Part shown: positions 57,557 to 64,000 of the stretch, in pieces | How positions within the stretch are numbered: position 1 is the stretch's first letter | Layout: each line of letters opens with the position of its first letter | Virus record (IMG/VR): IMGVR_UViG_3300023283_000173 | Span: 16,495-80,494 of that record | Direction: 5' to 3' (one strand) | DNA length: 64,000 nt | Origin: a virus | Lineage: Duplodnaviria; Caudoviricetes | Notes under the pieces: model-generated | What the model was told of the DNA's origin: nothing | Seen by the model: only the letters and a program-made list of their open reading frames with translations | Databases searched by the model: none | Translations under genes and position numbers: made by a program

Positions 57557-58070
57557 ACTCCTTCTCCTCGATCTCGTTCTCCAACCCGCGACTCTCGAAC
57601 AACCACCGCGGTCCAATGGCGACGCACTCTCCGTTTACGGTGACCAGTTTCTTCGGCAGGAAGTACATCACACCCTTCAGCTCGAACTTCCACGACTTAC
57701 CAGTGCTCGTGTCACCCAGACACGCGTCGAACGACACCTGCACGACGTCTCTTTCGAACTTCCCACCGGTACTCTCGGCGTCCCCGACCGGCGGCTGGTC
57801 GAGCAGTACCTCGAGGTCGAACCCGGCTCTCTCGAGCTGCTTCCTGTACTTCCAAAGCAAGCCGTTCTTGCCGTCCCTGTTCTCGACCCTCTGTATGCCC
57901 CTCAGTTGTCCGGGCGACAGGCGACCGTACTTGATCACCGCGTTCGCCAGCGAGTGCCCGAACTCTGCGTCCCACTTCGAGAACCCCTGTTCGTCCCAGG
58001 ACTTCGCCCCGTCGCACTTCCCCGCTAGGAACAGGACGGCGTTCTCACAAGTCTGTTTCTTCAGCTCCAT
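57549..58070 (-). CDS. Hypothetical protein
   Basis: CDGA..DEQGFSKWDAEFGHSLA; own promoter and RBS. Confidence 0.7.
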   Translation of the reverse strand: MELKKQTCENAVLFLAGKCDGAKSWDEQGFSKWDAEFGHSLANAVIKYGRLSPGQLRGIQRVENRDGKNGLLWKYRKQLERAGFDLEVLLDQPPVGDAESTGGKFERDVVQVSFDACLGDTSTGKSWKFELKGVMYFLPKKLVTVNGECVAIGPRWLFESRGLENEIEEKEYE

Positions 58071-58103
58071 CTTACCCTCCTTGGTAGTAGATGTGTGCGT
58101 ACT

Positions 58104-58132
58104 AGACTATCTTGTGTTCCCTACACAGTCAA
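58104..58132 (-). promoter_or_regulatory. Sigma70-like promoter
   Basis: TTGACT-17-TAGTCT. Confidence 0.7.
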
Positions 58133-58145
58133 GCCTGTAGGGGCG

Positions 58146-58159
58146 TGCAGTCAACTGCA
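58146..58159 (-). promoter_or_regulatory. 14-bp element, copy 7 of 8
   Basis: Exact match; contains the upstream gene's TGA; lies 13 nt upstream of the -35 box. Confidence 0.8.
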
Positions 58160-58423
58160 CGCCTCCGCCTCGAACACGTCGGCCGGCCTCGCCAGCTCGA
58201 CCCTGCAGCGCGTCACCAAATCGGCCCAAGCCTCCTCGAATGTCAGGTCGTACACCCCGTAAAACCGACCACCTCCGTCGCGGGCCTCCCAGTGCGTGCT
58301 GAACCTGTTCTCGACCGGCGACCCGTCGTCCAGTCTCTCGACGAGGACCACGTCGAACGGGCGCGTCGCCCTCTGCTTCGGCAGGCTCATGCGAGCCACC
58401 ACCCTCTCCGTACCGTACGTCAT
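58151..58423 (-). CDS. Hypothetical protein
   Basis: ATG 58423 with GGAGGAG RBS. Confidence 0.65.
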   Translation of the reverse strand: MTYGTERVVARMSLPKQRATRPFDVVLVERLDDGSPVENRFSTHWEARDGGGRFYGVYDLTFEEAWADLVTRCRVELARPADVFEAEACS

Positions 58424-58644
58424 GTCAGCTCCTCCGTCCACTCGGGAAACAGCCTTATGTCTCCCGACTCCAGGGGTACGAGCAGCTCGTCGTCTCACTC
58501 CATCCCGCTCATCCGGAATACCTCTTCCAGCGCCAGGCCGTTCCACTGCGCGACCTCCATTACCTCCTCGGGGGTCACGCCGCCGCGGTGCGACCCAAGC
58601 AGCAAAAGCTCGTCTCTGGCCGCCGTACCAGGGTTCGCGCTCAT
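58420..58644 (-). pseudogene. Small ORF interrupted by an in-frame TGA at 58495-58497
   Basis: MSANPG...MSGME*DDELLVPLESGDIRLFPEWTEELT*; the second stop makes an ATGA overlap with the next gene. Confidence 0.45.
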
Positions 58645-58652
58645 GTCCACAC

Positions 58653-58838
58653 CTAGTCGGCCGGGAGGAGCATGACACCCGACTTCGAGAACCGTACCCC
58701 ACCGTAGTCTTGGATATACTGCTTCATACTGGCAACGCTCTCTCCCGGCGCGTATATCTTCAGCGCCTCCTCAAGAGGAAGCTGCCCGACCAGCTTGTCG
58801 GTACCGTCTGAACTGTCCCTGTATATCTCTACGATCAT
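58653..58838 (-). CDS. Small early protein
   Basis: GCCAAGGAGGGT RBS after the strong promoter. Confidence 0.65.
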   Translation of the reverse strand: MIVEIYRDSSDGTDKLVGQLPLEEALKIYAPGESVASMKQYIQDYGGVRFSKSGVMLLPAD

Positions 58839-58883
58839 CCTACCCTCCTTGGCTCTGGGATGTGTGTTTGTGTTCATAGTCTT

Positions 58884-58912
58884 AACATAGGAGGTAGGAT
58901 GTAGTTTGTCAA
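58884..58912 (-). promoter_or_regulatory. Strong sigma70 promoter, copy B of 92-bp cassette
   Basis: TTGACA-17-TATGTT. Confidence 0.85.
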
Positions 58913-58930
58913 GTAGGCGGGTAAAAAATT

Positions 58931-59197
58931 TTACTCCCTAAGCATGGCCTCCAGCTCGTAGCCCAGTACGTAGAGACACCTCTCGATCGCCTCCACAGTA
59001 CCCGGTGACTCACCGGCCTCTATCCTGCGTATCGTGGAGCGGCCGACACCGGCCGCGGCGGCGAGGTCTCGTTGCGTGTAACCTCGCTCCGTCCTGATCT
59101 CTCGGAGTATCCTGCCCCACGCGGTAGCGTTCACGCCCATACCACGGTACCCCGCACTGTCCGAGGCGAGGTTACACAGGTCTGTTACGGGACTCAA
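58931..59197 (-). CDS. XRE-family HTH transcriptional regulator
   Basis: LREIRTERGYTQRDLAAAAGVGRSTIRRIEAG. Confidence 0.9.
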   Translation of the reverse strand: MSPVTDLCNLASDSAGYRGMGVNATAWGRILREIRTERGYTQRDLAAAAGVGRSTIRRIEAGESPGTVEAIERCLYVLGYELEAMLRE

Positions 59198-59622
59198 GCG
59201 TTACCTCTCGCCCCGTCGTACAGGTAGGACACCCTGTTCTCCACGAAGCCGAGTCTCTCGAGTACGGTGACCAGCGTCTCGTCAAGGGCGTGCGCGTCAG
59301 CGGTGACCTGCTCCCCGACGGCCTCCGCCATCTGCACGACGGCGTCTACCATGAGAGTGGCTACCCCCGTCCTGCGGGACGACGGCTCCACATAGAGCAG
59401 GTCAACGTGCGTGTACCAACCAGATCTCCTGTACGCTAGAACACCCACCACGTGGTCGTCCTCGGACAGCACGTAGCAGGCGGAGTGTTCCGGCGTCACC
59501 CGGAATCCCCTCATCCCGTCCTCGCGCCCGTCCTGCACCGCCATGTTATACCCCTCGACGGCCAGTGCCCACGCGCGACTCGTCCCTACGTGCTCGGTAT
59601 GTCTGAGGTCACGTCTCGTCAC
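59194..59622 (-). CDS. GNAT acetyltransferase
   Basis: LYVEPSSRRTGVATLM acetyl-CoA motif A; LERLGF. Confidence 0.82.
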   Translation of the reverse strand: MTRRDLRHTEHVGTSRAWALAVEGYNMAVQDGREDGMRGFRVTPEHSACYVLSEDDHVVGVLAYRRSGWYTHVDLLYVEPSSRRTGVATLMVDAVVQMAEAVGEQVTADAHALDETLVTVLERLGFVENRVSYLYDGARGNA

Positions 59623-60085
59623 TTCTCTCTCCCACGCCTAAGTAGTCTCTCCAGTGGACCCACCCCCTCGAGGTCCAGAACCCCCAGTCTCGGACCTTCG
59701 GTCCGGTCAAGAACAGGGTCCTCGGTATGTCCCGCGACGACGGGACCAGCTCCAGTCTGTGCGTGAACGTAGCTGGTCGGTAGACGAGCCTCCCAGGCTG
59801 AATCACCCTCGTCTCGTACTTACCCCTACGTACGTATATCTCCTTGAGGACCCCGGTCAGCATCAGCGACAGCGACGCCCAGGGATGGTCGTGCAGCGCC
59901 CTGTCGAGGTCCGAGCCGACGTACTCGTGTACGTACAGGTTGCTCCACCCCACTCCCTTGGCCCTGCGCCACAGGTGCCAGCGTCGGAGGTACGCCTCCC
60001 CCGTCTCCGGGTTCGGGATGCACTCATCCGGCTCCCTGGAACGGACGGTCCCGCTCAGTACGAACTCTCTGATAGTATCCAACAC
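59609..60085 (-). CDS. Cupin/double-stranded beta-helix protein
   Basis: LHDHPW.S.S..L.G...E and FTHRL metal-binding pattern. Confidence 0.65.
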   Translation of the reverse strand: MLDTIREFVLSGTVRSREPDECIPNPETGEAYLRRWHLWRRAKGVGWSNLYVHEYVGSDLDRALHDHPWASLSLMLTGVLKEIYVRRGKYETRVIQPGRLVYRPATFTHRLELVPSSRDIPRTLFLTGPKVRDWGFWTSRGWVHWRDYLGVGERSDET

Positions 60086-60115
60086 GTGTACCCTCCCTGG
60101 TAGTCTACGTGCTCT

Positions 60116-60144
60116 AGTCTAGGCTAGGTCAGGTCGGTTGTACA
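60116..60144 (-). promoter_or_regulatory. Sigma70-like promoter
   Basis: TGTACA-17-TAGACT. Confidence 0.5.
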
Positions 60145-60154
60145 GCCTGATACG

Positions 60155-60547
60155 TCACGCGGCCTCCACAGTCCTATCTATCACTACCTCCCCTATCGCC
60201 ACAGGCACCTCGGCGTCGGACGCGTCGACGGCCACGAGCACGTGCCTGTAGGTCCCCTCCAGACCCTCTGTGTCTGCAGGCTCCAGGGTCACCCTGGCGG
60301 TCGCCTGCGACCCGTCGTCGGTAACGACGATCCCCGCAGTCTGACTCTTGGTCACAGTAGGTACCTTCGAGAACACGCCACTGCTGAGACGGGGAGCGAG
60401 ACGCCACTCGAAGGACAGCCCCGTCGTGTCGAGCGACGGCTGCGACCCGTCTGCCAGGGGGGGCGCGTCGTCGTCGAGCAGGTCGAAGACGATCTCCCTC
60501 GGGGTACCCGCGAAGAACCTGTCATCCTGGTGCCGCCGTACCATCAC
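60155..60547 (-). CDS. BppU N-terminal-like virion adaptor
   Basis: V.LEPADTEGL.GTYRH.L.A...P.A.GEVVI, all-beta pattern. Confidence 0.55.
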   Translation of the reverse strand: MMVRRHQDDRFFAGTPREIVFDLLDDDAPPLADGSQPSLDTTGLSFEWRLAPRLSSGVFSKVPTVTKSQTAGIVVTDDGSQATARVTLEPADTEGLEGTYRHVLVAVDASDAEVPVAIGEVVIDRTVEAA

Positions 60548-61137
60548 ACACCGTTCTGGGTGTGGTTGACGAAGAACTTCAGGGTGTCGTTACTGGTCTT
60601 CGAGAACGAGCTGAGGTCAAAACCAGTCAGGAGCGGATCCCCTGACGCCCCGCCGAACGTGGCCGCGGCGATGGACACGGTCCCCGCCACGATAGCCGAG
60701 CTACTGAAGTCGGCCTTCGAGTAAGAAAACCGCCAGCTCACCACGTCAACTCCCGAGCCGTCGTTGTCTGTGTCGTCGTCGTTCGTCTTGGGATACCCTG
60801 CGTCTGCGGCCTTCTCGGACCCCGCGATCACGCTGGCCAGGTTGTCTGCAGTCGACCCCTTGGCGGGGTGTCCGGCGTCCCAGGCACCCTCGGACAGGTA
60901 GAGGCTCGTGAACGCGTTCGTCACGGCCTCCTCCGCCATGCGCTGGGCGTAGTACTGGTCTCCGGCGTCGGTCACGATGTTACTCGCCGCGACCAGTCTC
61001 CGGCCCTCGGGTCCGACCAATACCGCCAACACGTTCCGGTGTCGAGACACGAGCACGTCGTGCCGGGTCAACCAGAGTCCAACACGACTGCGGTACACCC
61101 GCTCGCCCAGGCCGTCAATGACGTCTCTTATCAACAT
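60544..61137 (-). CDS. Putative virion structural protein
   Basis: NIVTDAG...F..LYL; acidic, Ser/Thr-rich, beta-rich. Confidence 0.55.
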   Translation of the reverse strand: MLIRDVIDGLGERVYRSRVGLWLTRHDVLVSRHRNVLAVLVGPEGRRLVAASNIVTDAGDQYYAQRMAEEAVTNAFTSLYLSEGAWDAGHPAKGSTADNLASVIAGSEKAADAGYPKTNDDDTDNDGSGVDVVSWRFSYSKADFSSSAIVAGTVSIAAATFGGASGDPLLTGFDLSSFSKTSNDTLKFFVNHTQNGV

Positions 61138-61306
61138 GTCCGTCTCCTCTCCTCACGACGGAGACCAGGCTCTCCTCCGTCTGCACCACCGAGTTCGTAG
61201 GTGCCGAGCCACCCCTGCCCCGTCTCGCGAGGTAACCCACGACCGCCAGTGACACCACGCTCACTATAGCAGTCCCGCCCACGACTATGAACAACCACAC
61301 AGTCAT
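61115..61306 (-). CDS. Small membrane protein
   Basis: One TM helix followed by RRGRG. Confidence 0.5.
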   Translation of the reverse strand: MTVWLFIVVGGTAIVSVVSLAVVGYLARRGRGGSAPTNSVVQTEESLVSVVRRGDGHVDKRRH

Positions 61307-63381
61307 CTCGACCCCGTCAGGCTCCGGATCAGGTCCCGCGCCGCGGTCCTCAGGGCTCGGACAGACCGTGATGCAGTCAACTGCACACGCGCCACGACCA
61401 CGCCGAAGGCACCCTTCGCGAAGGACTCTACCACCTCCAGGCCCTCGTTTACCAGTACCATGAGACCTCGGACGAACAGAATCCCCTCCTGCGTCCTGAG
61501 TTCCTCCTCCAGTAGACGGACGAGTACGGACGCACGAGTCAGTGCCTCGGACACCTCCGAATCCTCGTCCACGGCCCAGAGCAGGTCGCGCCTCGACGTC
61601 AGGTCCTCGAGCGTCGCAAGCTCCTCAACCAGCCTCCTCGTGAGTACCCTCGTCCTGCGCGTGTTCTCGAGGGTCTGCAGGGTCTCCGCCAGCGCCCGCA
61701 CGAGACCAACCACGCCCGCGGTACCCTCGGCCGTCTGCAGAGCCTCCTGTACGGCCTGCGTGACCCCTATCGCTCGAGACGAGGACTCGCCGGTCTCGAC
61801 AATCTCCTGTATTCCGGTCGTCACACCCCTAGCAAGGTCCGTACCCTCAGAAACGTTCGTGAACTCGTCCCGCCTCCGCGTCAAGTCGCGCAGGTTACTC
61901 GACGTCTCGGTGGTCCACACCTCCTCAAGCAAGCTCCTCGTCAGGGCTCGAGTACGTGTCGCGTCCTCGACGACCTCTACTAACTCTCCCACGACTCGAG
62001 CCAACGTACGAGACCTACCCGGCGACTCAGTCGTGTCCAAGATCTCAGCAACGCTCCTCAGCAATACCGACGACGTAGCCAGAGCCTCTACGGACTCCAT
62101 CGACTCTACCAGACTCCTCACGACGCCTCTCACGACGTCCCTCATCTCCTGTGTCTCAACAGTCTCCAGCATGGAACGAACTATCCCTGCGGTCGACTGC
62201 AGCCCTTCGGACGTATTCAGCGCCTCTGCCTCACGTCGAACGAGCTCCCGGAACACCGCGCTCTGCTCCTGTGTCTCGACAGACTCCCCGTGTACGCGAA
62301 CGAGGGCATCACCTCCCCCCACATCCTCCACCGCCCCCGCAGTCGCGAAGCTGGTCGGGTCGGACTGGTTGTTGAATTCAGTAGTGATCCAGTCGGCCGA
62401 GATTGTGCCTGCGCGTAACCGCCAACCAAACATCTCCCACAAATCGCCGCCATTGAACGCGGAATCCAGCATCTTCGCACCGAGACCCATGTCGTTTGTA
62501 TGTGCATGTGGGTTCGTCGATACCGTAACAGTCCCGCGCGACGCGGCATCATCAAAGAATTCCGCGTTACCAGCGGAATCAACAACAACTCCAAGCCGTC
62601 GCCATCGTGTATTTAAGTCAGTTATGTCGTTTCTTTGTGGTGCATCGTTAGCCGCAATACCGAACCAAATTAGCCGCCCTTCTTCGCCTGTGGTTTCTGC
62701 AAAACCCCACCCCTCATTAGCCGAATTTCGTTTCCAGAAAAAATTTCTCAAGTCTACGCCCCCACCGTCACTCGTCAGCAGCCAACCGAACGCCGACATC
62801 GGCACCTGGGCTCTAATCGCTGGGGAATCAACGACTCTATAGACGTCATCGACGCCGTCGAAATCAGTTGCTGTATTACCATACACACCATTTGATGACG
62901 CCGGCGACCCTAGCGCCATGATTGACTGTTTCCCCGCAGAGTCAACCACATTGGCCGGATCGCCATGAAACACGAGTTCGTAATCCGCCCACACCGCATT
63001 GCGCCCGAGCGGGTCGGTGACGGCGGGCTGGGAGTCCGTGCCCGCTGTGTTCCACCAGACATAGACGATCGTGTCGTTGTCCTGGGAGAGGCTCGGGATC
63101 AGAACCCAGATCTCGGCGGAGCCGTTAGCCGGGTCGGGATCGGTGACGAAGCTGACGACTTCGAGCGGGATCGCATTCGTCCCGGCCTCGTCGGAGGTGA
63201 AACGGATATCCCCACCGCCGTTCTGGGCCGGGCTCGCCCCGTCGGAGTCGAACATCTCCGAAGGCAGATTAGCCGCGGTGATCAGCGCGGGGAAATTAGT
63301 CAGAGTTCCGCTTGATCCGCCGATCTTGGTATGATCGACGGTGACGGAGGCTTTCTTGTTATGCGTGAGTCCGCCGGCCAT
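61303..63381 (-). CDS. Putative fibre protein: DUF2341-like + LamG/ConA-like head and 20-aa repeat shaft
   Basis: TNFPALI, GGDIRFT, AEIWVLIPSL...VYVWW (DUF2341-like); LamG-like W..L.VV...F.D...MGLG; 15 x 20-aa repeats. Confidence 0.78.
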   Translation of the reverse strand: MAGGLTHNKKASVTVDHTKIGGSSGTLTNFPALITAANLPSEMFDSDGASPAQNGGGDIRFTSDEAGTNAIPLEVVSFVTDPDPANGSAEIWVLIPSLSQDNDTIVYVWWNTAGTDSQPAVTDPLGRNAVWADYELVFHGDPANVVDSAGKQSIMALGSPASSNGVYGNTATDFDGVDDVYRVVDSPAIRAQVPMSAFGWLLTSDGGGVDLRNFFWKRNSANEGWGFAETTGEEGRLIWFGIAANDAPQRNDITDLNTRWRRLGVVVDSAGNAEFFDDAASRGTVTVSTNPHAHTNDMGLGAKMLDSAFNGGDLWEMFGWRLRAGTISADWITTEFNNQSDPTSFATAGAVEDVGGGDALVRVHGESVETQEQSAVFRELVRREAEALNTSEGLQSTAGIVRSMLETVETQEMRDVVRGVVRSLVESMESVEALATSSVLLRSVAEILDTTESPGRSRTLARVVGELVEVVEDATRTRALTRSLLEEVWTTETSSNLRDLTRRRDEFTNVSEGTDLARGVTTGIQEIVETGESSSRAIGVTQAVQEALQTAEGTAGVVGLVRALAETLQTLENTRRTRVLTRRLVEELATLEDLTSRRDLLWAVDEDSEVSEALTRASVLVRLLEEELRTQEGILFVRGLMVLVNEGLEVVESFAKGAFGVVVARVQLTASRSVRALRTAARDLIRSLTGSR
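61372..61385 (-). promoter_or_regulatory. 14-bp element, copy 8 of 8
   Basis: Exact match near the 3' end of the fibre gene. Confidence 0.8.
61405..62304 (-). repeat. Fifteen gap-free 20-residue protein repeats
   Basis: Consensus [LV][VT]Rx[LV]xEx[LV]x[TV]xExxxxxRx; Glu7 and Glu13 invariant. Confidence 0.9.
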
Positions 63382-63391
63382 AACGTGACTC

Positions 63392-63694
63392 CTAGAGGTT
63401 AATTACCTCGTCGAGTCGTGCCAGCGGTCCATTGGTGATCGCATCGCGCACCTGCTGCGCGCGCGCTTTGACCAGATCGAGCGTCTCGGCCTTGTGAATC
63501 CCGTCCTTGTCCGCCACAGACTGCTGGATGGTCTGTCCGCCGACGAGCGCGCGGTCGGCCATCGCCTGGAGCTGCGAAACGAGTTGCCGTGCACGCTGGT
63601 CGAGATCACGGATTTCATCCGCCGTGTCGCGAAGTCGTTGAAGCCGTTCGATTTCCGTAGTCATGACCTGTTGTTCCTTCTGGGCTTTGCTCAA
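63392..63694 (-). CDS. Hypothetical coiled-coil protein
   Basis: Packing; start probably ATG near 63664. Confidence 0.55.
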   Translation of the reverse strand: MSKAQKEQQVMTTEIERLQRLRDTADEIRDLDQRARQLVSQLQAMADRALVGGQTIQQSVADKDGIHKAETLDLVKARAQQVRDAITNGPLARLDEVINL

Positions 63695-63700
63695 TGCTAG

Positions 63701-64000
63701 CTATAGTTCCTTCGGTAAAAACGCATGCCGAAGCGATATAGGTGCGTTCGCCGCCCCCCGGCGCTCGATCGCGTCTCTCAGCTTGCGATAGTCCTCACGC
63801 GCGCCAGGGATATCGACATGCGTCGCTGCCGCGATCGCGCCTAAAGTCGCCTTCGCGCGTCGAGTCCTGACATGTCTTGCCCCCCAATCCTCGGGCGGGA
63901 AGTCGTCGGTGGCGAAGTCGCCAGCGCCCCGCAGTTCCAGATTCGCCCGGATAATATCGGGCCAATTGTCGTGCCAGTCCGACGGCGCCGGGCCGAGTTC
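63701..64000 (-). CDS. Partial ORF, C-terminus only
   Basis: Open frame ELGPAPSDWHDNWPDII...HAFLPKEL* from the window edge. Confidence 0.5.
   Translation of the reverse strand, partial: ELGPAPSDWHDNWPDIIRANLELRGAGDFATDDFPPEDWGARHVRTRRAKATLGAIAAATHVDIPGAREDYRKLRDAIERRGAANAPISLRHAFLPKEL

Noticed and set aside
58495-58497. Genome-wide TGA recoding
   Set aside because: Many genes end in TGA with ATGA/GTGA overlaps and conserved genes are uninterrupted in code 11.
422-63700. Many long plus-strand ORFs (for example 480-1691, 15811-17550, 29850-31373, 61460-62842)
   Set aside because: They are antisense shadows of motif-bearing minus-strand genes in GC-rich DNA and show no family motifs or RBS.
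1-64000. tRNA, rRNA, integrase or att sites, transposases
   Set aside because: No recognisable motifs found by eye; a covariance-model scan would be needed to exclude small RNAs.

Overview
The window is a 64 kb stretch of a GC-rich tailed dsDNA phage with a lambda-like non-contractile tail module. Every credible gene lies on the minus strand, and no integrase, tRNA or CRISPR array is visible. In transcription order (right to left) it holds: an accessory virion-fibre module (60.1-64 kb); small early/regulatory genes (XRE, GNAT, cupin, RapZ C-terminal-like, HNH); an overlapping gene run of RarA-C-like protein, three GT-B glycosyltransferases, UDP-glucuronate decarboxylase, an NDP-sugar epimerase, ParB-like protein and terminase subunits (TerL has a mini-intein); a roughly 9 kb insertion between terminase and portal (truncated PPDK-like kinase, CsrA-like protein, two CX5R phosphatases, UDG-fused family A polymerase); head genes with a MuF-ADP-ribosyltransferase fusion; tail genes with a -1 frameshift; a GH108 endolysin/holin/spanin cassette implying a Gram-negative host; and a replication/recombination module with an iteron origin. 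The most unusual signals are the nucleotide-sugar/glycosyltransferase operon coupled to the packaging genes, a 14-bp quasi-palindrome (TGCAGTTGACTGCA) found 8 times and always in the transcribed orientation, a PPDK-family kinase lacking its pyruvate domain, and a lectin-tipped fibre with 15 exact 20-residue repeats. All calls come from reading motifs by eye; no database searches were run.
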